DNA of 50,588 nucleotides. Origin: an uncultured Gammaproteobacteria bacterium. Lineage in GTDB: Bacteria; Patescibacteriota; Patescibacteriia; UBA9934; GWF2-40-263. Of the stretch, positions 36,351 through 44,791 are shown in pieces. How positions within the stretch are numbered: position 1 is the first letter of the stretch; each line of letters starts with the position of its first letter. Position numbers and translations under genes: made by a program. The DNA lies in assembly GCA_964374035.1 (NCBI GenBank), contig CAYJWY010000002.1, positions 1 through 50,588 of the forward strand, in the 5' to 3' direction. A model generated the notes under the pieces. The model was not told where the DNA came from. It saw nothing but the letters and a program-made list of their open reading frames with translations, and searched no databases.

Positions 36351-38348
36351 TTAGGGAACCTGGTTATCCACAATTTTTTCGTTGACCGTTTGGTCGTTAT
36401 TTTGCGCAAACCACCAGGCAAACAATTCACGCGCAAGCGGCACGGCCGCGGCGTTACTTTCTCCGCCTTCTTCCACGAGCACAACGAGCGTGATGTTTGG
36501 ATTTTCGTAGGGACCAAATCCAACAAACCACGCATGGTAAGGCTTGTCGCCTGGCGTTTGTGCCGTACCCGTCTTTCCCGCAACCGGCTCAGTCAACGAG
36601 AGCATTGATCGCGCACTTCCCTGTGTCACTGTTTGTCGCATGGCTTTTCGAACGACAGCCAGAGCATCCATGTCAAGATCCTCAAGGGGTTGCTTGACCA
36701 CGGCAAGGCGTTGATTGCCATTTGGGCCGTCCACCGAATCGATAAGACGGGGCTCAATACGTTGTCCCCCGTTTGCAATCACACTGATCGCCACGGCGAG
36801 TTGAAGTGGCGTTGTCAAAAAATCTCCCTGACCGATCGCCAGGTGATACGTATCGCCGATGTACCAAGCCTCGTTCTTTACCTCTTGCTTCCATTGCTTT
36901 GTTGGCAAAAATCCATCTGCCTCAGAGGGTAAATCGATGCCGGTTGGTTCGCCAAAACCGAATCGTCGCGCGTAGGCTTGAATGCGTTCCACTCCAAGTC
37001 CAACCGTCTGCTGGTATCCCCCGCCAATAATATAAAAAAACGTGTTCACGGAATCGGCAATCGCTTTACGAACATCTGTGACACCGTGTCCCTCTGGTCT
37101 CCAATCGGGAAAAAACCATTGTTTAATTCCTATACCGCCTGTCGAAACAAAGGATGTTCGCTCATCAATAATGCCTTCGGCAAGCGCGGCGTAAGCGATC
37201 ACCGGCTTAAGGGTTGATCCTGATGGATACTCTCCTGAAACAGCTCGATTAAACAATGGCCGATCGGGGTCTTCTAACAATGCCGTGTAAGTTTGGCGTT
37301 CAATCCCTTGCGTAAAGAGATTATTGTCGTAGCTCGGCAGACTGACAAGCGCGCGCACGGATCCTGTTTGCGGATCGAGTGCAACAACCACGCCACGCGT
37401 CGCGTTCACGTTGGTCATGGTTTCTTGTAAACGATTCTCTGCAAACTTTTGAAACTCCAAGTCAAGTCCAAGACGAACGTTCGACCCGTCAATGGCTTGT
37501 GTCTTTGAAACAATCGAAAGACTCTTTCCAACCGCATTCACTTCATTCACCTCATTTCCTGGAACGCCACGCAACATGGGCTCAGCTGTTTTTTCGATTC
37601 CAAGCTTTCCAATCTGATCAATGGGCTTGTAGTCGTTCGCCTCAAGGGTTTCCATCATTTCCTTCTCGCTGATGTTACCAGTGTATCCAAGTACATGCGC
37701 GAGCGACCCGACACCTGTCAGGTAAGCACGTTGACTGCTTGATTGCAGGTCAAACCCCGGGAGCGCGGCCATCTCGATGGCCAGACGAATCGAAGCTTCG
37801 TAGGGAATCCCGCGCTTTAGGGGAATGGCTTCGTAAGGTGTTTTGGAAAATTCCGTCAGCGCTAGATCGATATCGGTCGGCTGAAGACCTGCAAGTTGAG
37901 AAACCCGCTCGAAAATTCTTGTTCGCTCGGATTCATCTATTGGAAGATCGCTCATCGTCATTGTCAAAACAAAGGAGGGAACGTTCTGCGCGATCAGCAC
38001 ACCATTTCGATCATAGATCAGCCCACGCGGAGGAAGAATTCGCTGTGAGCGATACCGATTGGACTGTGCAAGCACGGCGTATTGTTCACCGCGAATAATC
38101 TGCAAAAAAACGGCGCGTGAAAAAAAGAATACAATGACTGCGGACAAACAGATAAACCCTATCATGAGACGTTTTTTTGAAATGGTTGATCCGATAAATC
38201 TCTGTCCGGTGATAAAAAATGGCCGCGCGTCATCTCCAATGGAGATACCAAGATCATCGAACGATGAGCGTGAACTCAACAAACCAAACGAGGATTTCTT
38301 TTGGACAACGAACAGGTCGGACGATGATGATTTGAAAAAGAGGCCCAT
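36351..38348 (-). CDS. mrdA: Penicillin-binding protein 2 (elongasome transpeptidase)
   Basis: SxxK in GSTLKP, SxN in DSVNTFF, and KTGTA. It lies downstream of mreBCD. Confidence 0.9.
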   Translation of the reverse strand: MGLFFKSSSSDLFVVQKKSSFGLLSSRSSFDDLGISIGDDARPFFITGQRFIGSTISKKRLMIGFICLSAVIVFFFSRAVFLQIIRGEQYAVLAQSNRYRSQRILPPRGLIYDRNGVLIAQNVPSFVLTMTMSDLPIDESERTRIFERVSQLAGLQPTDIDLALTEFSKTPYEAIPLKRGIPYEASIRLAIEMAALPGFDLQSSSQRAYLTGVGSLAHVLGYTGNISEKEMMETLEANDYKPIDQIGKLGIEKTAEPMLRGVPGNEVNEVNAVGKSLSIVSKTQAIDGSNVRLGLDLEFQKFAENRLQETMTNVNATRGVVVALDPQTGSVRALVSLPSYDNNLFTQGIERQTYTALLEDPDRPLFNRAVSGEYPSGSTLKPVIAYAALAEGIIDERTSFVSTGGIGIKQWFFPDWRPEGHGVTDVRKAIADSVNTFFYIIGGGYQQTVGLGVERIQAYARRFGFGEPTGIDLPSEADGFLPTKQWKQEVKNEAWYIGDTYHLAIGQGDFLTTPLQLAVAISVIANGGQRIEPRLIDSVDGPNGNQRLAVVKQPLEDLDMDALAVVRKAMRQTVTQGSARSMLSLTEPVAGKTGTAQTPGDKPYHAWFVGFGPYENPNITLVVLVEEGGESNAAAVPLARELFAWWFAQNNDQTVNEKIVDNQVP

Positions 38349-38359
38349 GCGTTCAGTGC

Positions 38360-38890
38360 TTAGTAGGTTTTACGTGGTTCCGGAAGCAGTCCCAGGACAT
38401 TTAATAATGCTCGAATACGCGTTGCACACGGATACAGGAGCGTCATAAAAATCACCAGAAGCAGTATGCGCAATACCGACTCTTGCAAGAATATCAGCCA
38501 ATGAACAGGTGTCTGAAACAACTGTTGGAAGCTCCGCATGAGCGCCTGTGTCGCAAGGATCCCAACAGAGCCCGTTAATGCACAACTGAGAACACCGTAG
38601 TAGGATCGATTGGAAAAAAGATGTTTCGCTGTGACACTAACCACGATTCCGCCGACGGTGTAGGCAACAAGCTCAGAAATGGAGAACCACCCGTAAAAGG
38701 AGTCCAGCAGTGCCCCGTGTATCGGAAGCCACCAGATAAAAACATGCGCACCTTGATGCTGTACGAGGTAGACGCATACGGCAAGCACGAAGGGTGTGAG
38801 AGCGAGAAATCCCGGCAAGGATCGAAAAAAACTCACCTCGATGAGCGAGAAGACAATCATGATTGCTATCCAAAGCAGGAGTCGAATCAT
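38360..38890 (-). CDS. mreD: Rod shape-determining protein MreD
   Basis: Polytopic 176-aa membrane protein. ATGA overlap with mreC and the conserved operon position. Confidence 0.7.
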   Translation of the reverse strand: MIRLLLWIAIMIVFSLIEVSFFRSLPGFLALTPFVLAVCVYLVQHQGAHVFIWWLPIHGALLDSFYGWFSISELVAYTVGGIVVSVTAKHLFSNRSYYGVLSCALTGSVGILATQALMRSFQQLFQTPVHWLIFLQESVLRILLLVIFMTLLYPCATRIRALLNVLGLLPEPRKTY

Positions 38891-39687
38891 AAGGCGGGCG
38901 TAAGAAGCACAACGACGTTTACATAGCGTTTGATGTCGACCATAGGCTCGAGAATGGCTTGCTGAAAGGGTCCATCCGGATCAGGACGTACGGTGTTAAC
39001 CAGTCCAACCAGCAGACCTGATGGCACTGTTGTTTCAAGTCCTGAGGTCACAGCGAGCTGATCAATCTGCACCGATTCCTCAAGTGGAATAAACTCAAGA
39101 ATAGCTAAATTTCCATTAAGGCCACGAGCCATACCAATCGTTTCCGTTTGATTTAAAAGAGAAATCGCTGTTGCGTGGTCTTGATCGGTCAGCGTTGAAA
39201 CAACGGATTGTGTTCTGGAAACGGAAATGATTTTTCCGACATAGAGACCTTGTTCGACGATCACCGCGGCACCGACAAACATGCCGTCATCTGAACCGCG
39301 ATCGATCACAATCTCTGAGCGTTCGTTCGAGTTTGTGCGACTGATGATGGATGCCCCAACAGATCGAAACGCTCTTCCCTCAAGAAATCCAAGCGTTTTT
39401 TTAAGCTGAGCATATTCACGTTCGAGGGTTTGATATTGCACGTTGAGCAACGCATGGGCAATTTTCTCTTGCTGAAATGCTTCTATTTGCTCGCGTGTCA
39501 CTCGACGCTGATCTTGAAACAGGGCTGTCTGTGTGGTGATCCAAGTACCGGCGCCAACAAGTGGCCGCTCGATGAACTGCAGAGCGCGACTCACGGCCCC
39601 TCGAAAAAAAAGCCCGAGGATCAACAACCCAAGAATGAAACCTGCCAACATGTGCCGATTGGAGCCATGGATCCTCCCGCGCTTCAT
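38887..39687 (-). CDS. mreC: Rod shape-determining protein MreC
   Basis: N-terminal TM segment, coiled coil, and beta-domain pattern (GMFVGAAVIVEQGLYVGKIISV). Confidence 0.85.
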   Translation of the reverse strand: MKRGRIHGSNRHMLAGFILGLLILGLFFRGAVSRALQFIERPLVGAGTWITTQTALFQDQRRVTREQIEAFQQEKIAHALLNVQYQTLEREYAQLKKTLGFLEGRAFRSVGASIISRTNSNERSEIVIDRGSDDGMFVGAAVIVEQGLYVGKIISVSRTQSVVSTLTDQDHATAISLLNQTETIGMARGLNGNLAILEFIPLEESVQIDQLAVTSGLETTVPSGLLVGLVNTVRPDPDGPFQQAILEPMVDIKRYVNVVVLLTPAL

Positions 39688-39689
39688 AG

Positions 39690-40742
39690 CTAAATAATAC
39701 TTCCCTCATTAGCAGAAGGAAGCGAGATATCATTGAGGAGCTCTTCATTATCAAGCAAAATTCCCGCTCCTCGAACAACCGACGTAAGCGGATCATCTGC
39801 AACACGTACGGGAATAGCCGCCTGTCGGCTGATGAGCGTGTCGATGCCTCTGAGCAATGCCCCTCCACCCGTAAGCACAATCCCTCGTTCATAAATGTCC
39901 GCGACTAATTCCGGTGGAGTGATTTCAAGCGTTGATTTGATATTGTCAATGATGGTACGAATCGAACGCTCCATCGCCTCACGAATTTTCGTATCCGTAA
40001 TGATAATTTCCTTTGGTAAACCCGTAAGCAAATCACGCCCTCGCATTTCAAATTCAATGGGTTCATCCTGGGCAATCACACTACCCACACGCATCTTGAT
40101 GCGCTCAGCAACACGTTCACCCAGGAGCAAGTTATAGTTTTCGCGAGCGTATTGAATAATATTTTTATTCAACTCCTCACCGGCGGTATCGAGTGACTTC
40201 CATGTCACGACTCCCGCGAGCGACATCACGGCAATCTCGGTTGTCCCCCCTCCAAGATCGACAAGCATAGTTCCCACAGAATCGGAAAGCGGAAGTCGAG
40301 CGCCTAGTGCGGCCAAGAGAGGATTTTCAACCAGGTGAACCTTGCGAGCTCCAGCGGAAAAAGCGGAATCTTCAATGGCCTTACGTTCAACTTCTGTTGT
40401 TTCAAGTGGAACGCCAATCACAATGCGTGGTCGTGCAAACATCGTAAATGAATCTGAGTGAACCTTATCAATAAAATACTTCAACATCTTTTCTGTCACC
40501 TCAAAATCAGAAATAACGCCGTTTGTAAGCGGCTTTGAGATATCGATATGCGGAGGTGTTTTGCCAAGCATATTTTTTGCGTCTTTTCCAACGGCAAGAA
40601 TCTGATCTGTCCGTGTGTTAATCGCAACAACGGAAGGCTCATTTACAACAATCCCTCCGTCCTTTGAATAGACGAGGGTGTTGGAAGTACCAAGATCGAT
40701 CCCGAGATCTTTTGAGAATTTTGAAAAGATGCCTTTGAACAT
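39690..40742 (-). CDS. mreB: Actin-like rod shape-determining protein MreB
   Basis: GIDLGTSNT, DLGGGTTE, GIVLTGGGALL. I chose the start at MFKGIF (40742); the track ORF extends to 40796. Confidence 0.93.
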   Translation of the reverse strand: MFKGIFSKFSKDLGIDLGTSNTLVYSKDGGIVVNEPSVVAINTRTDQILAVGKDAKNMLGKTPPHIDISKPLTNGVISDFEVTEKMLKYFIDKVHSDSFTMFARPRIVIGVPLETTEVERKAIEDSAFSAGARKVHLVENPLLAALGARLPLSDSVGTMLVDLGGGTTEIAVMSLAGVVTWKSLDTAGEELNKNIIQYARENYNLLLGERVAERIKMRVGSVIAQDEPIEFEMRGRDLLTGLPKEIIITDTKIREAMERSIRTIIDNIKSTLEITPPELVADIYERGIVLTGGGALLRGIDTLISRQAAIPVRVADDPLTSVVRGAGILLDNEELLNDISLPSANEGSII

Positions 40743-40773
40743 AAAAACTGAGATGTTGATCTCAGTGATTTTA
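40743..40773 (-). promoter_or_regulatory. TAAAAT -10 box followed by a terminator-like hairpin and T5 abutting the mreB ATG
   Basis: The minus strand reads TAAAAT-CA-CTGAGAT-CAAC-ATCTCAG-TTTTT-ATG. Confidence 0.45.
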
Positions 40774-40821
40774 CCGCAGGCTCCCTTACACAGCAAGGCT
40801 TTTCATGAACTCAATTTGTGT

Positions 40822-41202
40822 TCAGACCTTTCGTTGTATGGACAGCGAGATAAGCTCGATCATGGCGGCAATCAACACACCCAAAAAAAGTGACCACCAA
40901 CGCAAAACACCGGCAGAAAGCATCATCAGTACACTGAGGATAAGAGTACTCAAAATCAGGCTTTGTCGAAACGATCTGATGGTGTGGCGGGATGGATGCT
41001 CGCTCGGACAACTCCATGCGCGAATGCCGGCTCCCAGCAGACTGAGTGTTCCCACCAGAGCAATGGCAAGAGTCGCGTAAAAAAGGATGAATCCAAGGGT
41101 TCCGGTTTTGAACGGGTCAACGGCATTGGTCACAACAATCCACGCAATCCACGCGGCAACGCTCGCAAAACTCATGATGTAGAGATAGAATCGAAACGTC
41201 AT
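40822..41202 (-). CDS. Hypothetical integral membrane protein (about 4 TM)
   Basis: 126 aa, strongly hydrophobic. ATGA-type overlap with the upstream gene. Confidence 0.55.
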   Translation of the reverse strand: MTFRFYLYIMSFASVAAWIAWIVVTNAVDPFKTGTLGFILFYATLAIALVGTLSLLGAGIRAWSCPSEHPSRHTIRSFRQSLILSTLILSVLMMLSAGVLRWWSLFLGVLIAAMIELISLSIQRKV

Positions 41203-41522
41203 ATGTCCTCGTTTGGAAAGCGTTTATTGATACGAAGGGAAAGTTTGGTAAACGGTTTTTCAGGAAATGCCACGCGAAGTTTTTGAAGCAGTTCGGTTTC
41301 AAGTGAGAGCACGACGTGGCGCACGGATGCGTTCAACGCGCAAATGCAAACAATCCCCTCTTTGTAAGAAATCGCCTTTACGTTTGCGCCACTGCCGTTT
41401 GGAAGCAGTCGTCTGAGCGTATCGTTCATAAAACGAACAATTTCAAGCGCACTGACCTGTCGAGTCACATGCGCGCGATGGACAGCGCCGCGGATGAGTT
41501 GTTTGAGGGTGAAGATGGGCAT
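41199..41522 (-). CDS. DUF721 (DciA-like) domain protein
   Basis: 107 aa. The pattern A..V......LRRLLP....A.VKAISYKEGIVCICALNASVRHVV......LLQKL recalls DUF721. Called from memory only. Confidence 0.45.
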   Translation of the reverse strand: MPIFTLKQLIRGAVHRAHVTRQVSALEIVRFMNDTLRRLLPNGSGANVKAISYKEGIVCICALNASVRHVVLSLETELLQKLRVAFPEKPFTKLSLRINKRFPNEDI

Positions 41523-41598
41523 AAAAAAGTGACTGAGTGACTAGTGACTGAGTGACTAGTGACTGAATTTATCCTTAGTCACTAGTCACTCAGTCACT
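41523..41598 (-). repeat. Tandem and inverted GTGACT repeats forming alternative 22-bp hairpins; terminator/attenuator-like
   Basis: Five direct GTGACT units lie in 15-nt periods (41529-41566). Three inverted AGTCAC units lie at 41577-41597. On the minus strand a T6 tract abuts the ATG at 41522. Confidence 0.85.
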
Positions 41599-41619
41599 TG
41601 CGTCCTCATATTCTATTCC

Positions 41620-44571
41620 CTACTGCCTGAACTCACAAATATCCGCATAGTCGCAATACGAACAGTGGAAACCCGGCGTTGGTTCGAACGTGCTTTCGCG
41701 AATCGCGGAGACGCGGTCCTCGATGGTTTCTCGTAGCTTGTCGAGATCAATTTCAGATCCAAGAAACGACACCGTCGAATTATCCTCGAGATAGTGAAAC
41801 GTCAGTTTCCTTGGCTCGAGTCCAAGGGCTTCTTTCGAGGCAATCTGGTAGAGAAATAATTGTTCCTTATCTTCGCGCGACAAGTCTTCAAGACGTTTGG
41901 GCGAACCGGTTTTGTAGTCGATAATCTCAATGCCGCCCTCAACGGCATCAATGCGGTCAATACGACCTTTGAGAACTACCGGACCAAATCGCAGAGTAAA
42001 ACCGACTTCCAGGAAGCGTGGCTCGGGCGTGCGTGTGTCGAATGATCGATAAAACGAACGTAATTGTTGCTTGCCTCGCTCACGATAGGCTTCGCGTTGA
42101 CGATCGTCGATGTACCAATCGTCCTGCCAATTCTTTTGATACAGATCGAGGAGTTCGTCGATCGAAACAGGGAAATCTACGATTGATTCTTGAGACATCG
42201 GTGGGGAAAATAAACGTTCCTGTTGCGACCCCTGGCGTTCTATCCACAGTTCAAAAAAATGTTGCAATGTTGCATGCATGGTCTTTCCAAACGAGAGCGT
42301 CCACTTGCCAAAGACAGGCACGTGCAAAATGTGGCCAAACTTGTACTGCAACGGACAGGTTCGAAACGCGGCGAGTTGCGTAAATGAAAATTGTTTCGGC
42401 AATGCATGGGTGGTGACGTAGGGATCGGTCTGATTGTCGAGCACAGAATCCGTTGTATCGGTATCCAACACATTTAATTCGATCGTTTCTACCACGTGCG
42501 GTTTTTGATAACCCAATTCATCTAAAAACCGCGAGAGTTTTCTCGACCGCGCTCCCCCATAATCATCGGCCGATGTAACATACAATCCGTCTTTCGCGCG
42601 CGTCATTGCGACATAAAACAAGCGACGTTCCTCCTGAAGATGTTGTTCGCTGTCGTGCTCTGGTTGGGGATCAAGCTCGCGCGGAAGTGGAATCGCGTCC
42701 GTGCGTCGTTGCGTCGGAAATTTTCGGTCGATGAGATTCACAACAAAGACATGAGCAAACTCAAGGCCTTTGGCCGCGTGAACGGTCATAATACGAACCA
42801 AATCCGGGCCGGATTCAAGATCAACACTGAGCGAACCCTCCTCGCCCGCATCACGTTCGTGACCAAACTCTTCTAGAAACGTATGCAGTCCTTGGTGATC
42901 GCTTCGCGCCTCAAACGCCTTCATGCGTTCGAAGAGTTGCTGTAGGTAGCGAAAGTTCTCCTGCTTCTGTCGTTCGTTCAGTCCATTGATGTATTCAACA
43001 TAGCCCGTCTCTCGAACCGCACGAACAAACAACTCCGAGACGCGGCGCTTGCTCGCCTCGGTGCGGATTTCCGCGAGCATGGATAGCATGTGTTGAATCT
43101 TTGCGAGCTCGTCCGAGGCGATTTCAGAAAACGTTTGCGCGACCTGCGCAGACTCATACAACGACTTGCCTTTTCGTGCGGAGAGTTGATTCAACTCAGC
43201 AATCGTTATGGGATGAACGCCCCAATGTGGCATGGTGAGTACGCGGTACATGCTTGGACTGTGGTGGGGCTGATCGATGACGCGCAGAAGCGCAATGCTG
43301 TCGAGCACCACCGGCTTGGTATACAACCCTGACAACGCCAAAAATTGATACGGAATCGCATGGCGCTCAAGCGACGTTGCGAAGTCTTCACCAGCCGCAT
43401 TTGATCGAACAAGAATGGCGAAGTCGTTCCAGGTAAGGTTCTTATCCTGTTCTTTCAAGTCAAGAATTTTCTGCACGACTTGAGCAACTTCTTCCTCAAG
43501 TGTTCGCGCGTGCAAGTGATCGATGACTCCCAACGTCTCACGCTGTGACTCGAGCCGCTTCGACAGCGACGTGTCGCGCGCTTCGAGCCGATTTGGATTA
43601 TTGTTTTGAATGAACGCATAGGCACGGTCTAGAATCGCCTGCCCCGATCGATAATTCTTATTGAGCACGATCTTCCGTGCACTGGGATAGTCCTCGTTAA
43701 AACGCAAAATGTTCACGAGCGACGCGCCTCGAAATTTATAAATCGCCTGATCGTCATCGCCAACAACCGTGAGATTGGGCGCGTCGAATCCGGCAATCAG
43801 CGTGATCAAGTCATACTGCGCCTGATTCGTATCTTGAAATTCATCGACGAGGATGTATGGGTAGTGGGCTTTTATCTTCTGTAAAATCTTCGGTCGTTCA
43901 CTCAGGAGTCGTTTCGTATACAAAATGAGATCACCAAAGTCGAGCGAGTCGTGCTCGAGTAGAATCGACTGATAGGTCTGATACGCTCGAGCAAGCTCAT
44001 CGATCCGCGCGACCTCGGTCAGGACGTCTTGGTCGCCATGCATCGAATCCTCATCCGCTTTCTTCCCCTCAGCAAAGTCAACATAGGCCTGTGGATGAAT
44101 TCCCGCGTCTTTTGCTCGAGAAAAATGCGTAAGGAATGATCGCAGATACTTGGTTGGGTTGCCAAGCGGTCGATAGTAGTCAAGCTCGAAGCGGTCAAAC
44201 TGTGTGCGAACGAGCAACCAAGCCTCGAGCTCGGTCACAAGCTTAAAATCTCGCGAAAGGCCGATCTCCGCGCCGTAGTCGCGAAGTAAGCGTTCGCAAA
44301 ATGCGTGAAACGTGGAGATCTGTAAATCCGTATAGCCGTACGGCAACAGCATATCGACACGCTCCTCCATCTCACCAGCAGCCTTATCCGTAAACGTAAG
44401 CGCGAGAACATTCTCGGGTTTGCAAAGTCCTTGTTCAATGAACCAAGCGATACGCCGCGTAATCACGGTTGTCTTCCCTGTTCCCGCCCCCGCGACGATC
44501 ATAAGCGGACCACCGACATGGGTGACGGCTTGGATTTGTTCGGAGTTGAGGTCGCTCAGAAGATCGGACAT
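41620..44571 (-). CDS. UvrD/PcrA/AddA-type SF1 helicase fused to a C-terminal PD-(D/E)XK nuclease with a Cas4/AddB-like Cys cluster
   Basis: Walker A AGAGTGKTTVIT and DEFQDTN, plus further SF1 motifs. Nuclease GRIDRID...IIDYKTG. Cys residues CPLQYKF and CSYCDYADIC. Confidence 0.88.
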   Translation of the reverse strand: MSDLLSDLNSEQIQAVTHVGGPLMIVAGAGTGKTTVITRRIAWFIEQGLCKPENVLALTFTDKAAGEMEERVDMLLPYGYTDLQISTFHAFCERLLRDYGAEIGLSRDFKLVTELEAWLLVRTQFDRFELDYYRPLGNPTKYLRSFLTHFSRAKDAGIHPQAYVDFAEGKKADEDSMHGDQDVLTEVARIDELARAYQTYQSILLEHDSLDFGDLILYTKRLLSERPKILQKIKAHYPYILVDEFQDTNQAQYDLITLIAGFDAPNLTVVGDDDQAIYKFRGASLVNILRFNEDYPSARKIVLNKNYRSGQAILDRAYAFIQNNNPNRLEARDTSLSKRLESQRETLGVIDHLHARTLEEEVAQVVQKILDLKEQDKNLTWNDFAILVRSNAAGEDFATSLERHAIPYQFLALSGLYTKPVVLDSIALLRVIDQPHHSPSMYRVLTMPHWGVHPITIAELNQLSARKGKSLYESAQVAQTFSEIASDELAKIQHMLSMLAEIRTEASKRRVSELFVRAVRETGYVEYINGLNERQKQENFRYLQQLFERMKAFEARSDHQGLHTFLEEFGHERDAGEEGSLSVDLESGPDLVRIMTVHAAKGLEFAHVFVVNLIDRKFPTQRRTDAIPLPRELDPQPEHDSEQHLQEERRLFYVAMTRAKDGLYVTSADDYGGARSRKLSRFLDELGYQKPHVVETIELNVLDTDTTDSVLDNQTDPYVTTHALPKQFSFTQLAAFRTCPLQYKFGHILHVPVFGKWTLSFGKTMHATLQHFFELWIERQGSQQERLFSPPMSQESIVDFPVSIDELLDLYQKNWQDDWYIDDRQREAYRERGKQQLRSFYRSFDTRTPEPRFLEVGFTLRFGPVVLKGRIDRIDAVEGGIEIIDYKTGSPKRLEDLSREDKEQLFLYQIASKEALGLEPRKLTFHYLEDNSTVSFLGSEIDLDKLRETIEDRVSAIRESTFEPTPGFHCSYCDYADICEFRQ

Positions 44572-44580
44572 ATCAACGAC

Positions 44581-44589
44581 ATTTTAGCA
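44581..44589 (-). promoter_or_regulatory. Extended -10 promoter element (TGCTAAAAT) of the helicase gene
   Basis: The minus strand reads TGcTAAAAT. The ATG is 9 nt downstream with no SD, so a leaderless transcript is likely. The -35 position falls inside the palindrome. Confidence 0.45.
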
Positions 44590-44595
44590 CATGCA

Positions 44596-44652
44596 CCGCA
44601 ACCTGGTTGCCGTGAACGCAACCTGGTTGCGTTCACGGCAACCAGGTTGCGG
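44596..44652. repeat. Perfect 57-nt palindrome containing three 13-bp palindromic sites GCAACCWGGTTGC spaced 20 bp apart
   Basis: 28 of 28 positions pair around centre 44624. The sites are 44598-44610, 44618-44630 and 44638-44650. Confidence 0.95.
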
Positions 44653-44717
44653 GATGTTGGCGATTGACAATTTGGCTGAAGGAAGGATGTCAAATCCACT
44701 TCCCAACCTCTCAAACG

Positions 44718-44747
44718 AAAAAGACGCCGTACCTGTGTACTGGCGTC
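44718..44747 (-). terminator. Rho-independent terminator of the 522-aa island gene
   Basis: The minus strand reads GACGCC-13 nt-GGCGTC followed by TTTTT. Confidence 0.65.
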
Positions 44748-44791
44748 GAGGAGTGAGACTCACGATACGTCCTTCACAGCGACGTGTCGGT

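Noticed and set aside
41523-41598. CRISPR-like array suggested by the repeated GTGACT units.
   Set aside because: The units are 7-8 nt with no spacers, they are partly inverted, and no cas genes are nearby. This is a microsatellite/hairpin and not a CRISPR.
44596-44652. Integron attC site or protelomerase (hairpin-telomere) target as the identity of the 57-nt palindrome.
   Set aside because: attC sites are imperfect with extrahelical bases and RYYYAAC/GTTRRRY cores, and they need a nearby intI; none of these is seen. A telomere-resolvase target is conceivable from the size, but I cannot recognise a resolvase in the adjacent proteins. I keep it only as an alternative to test.
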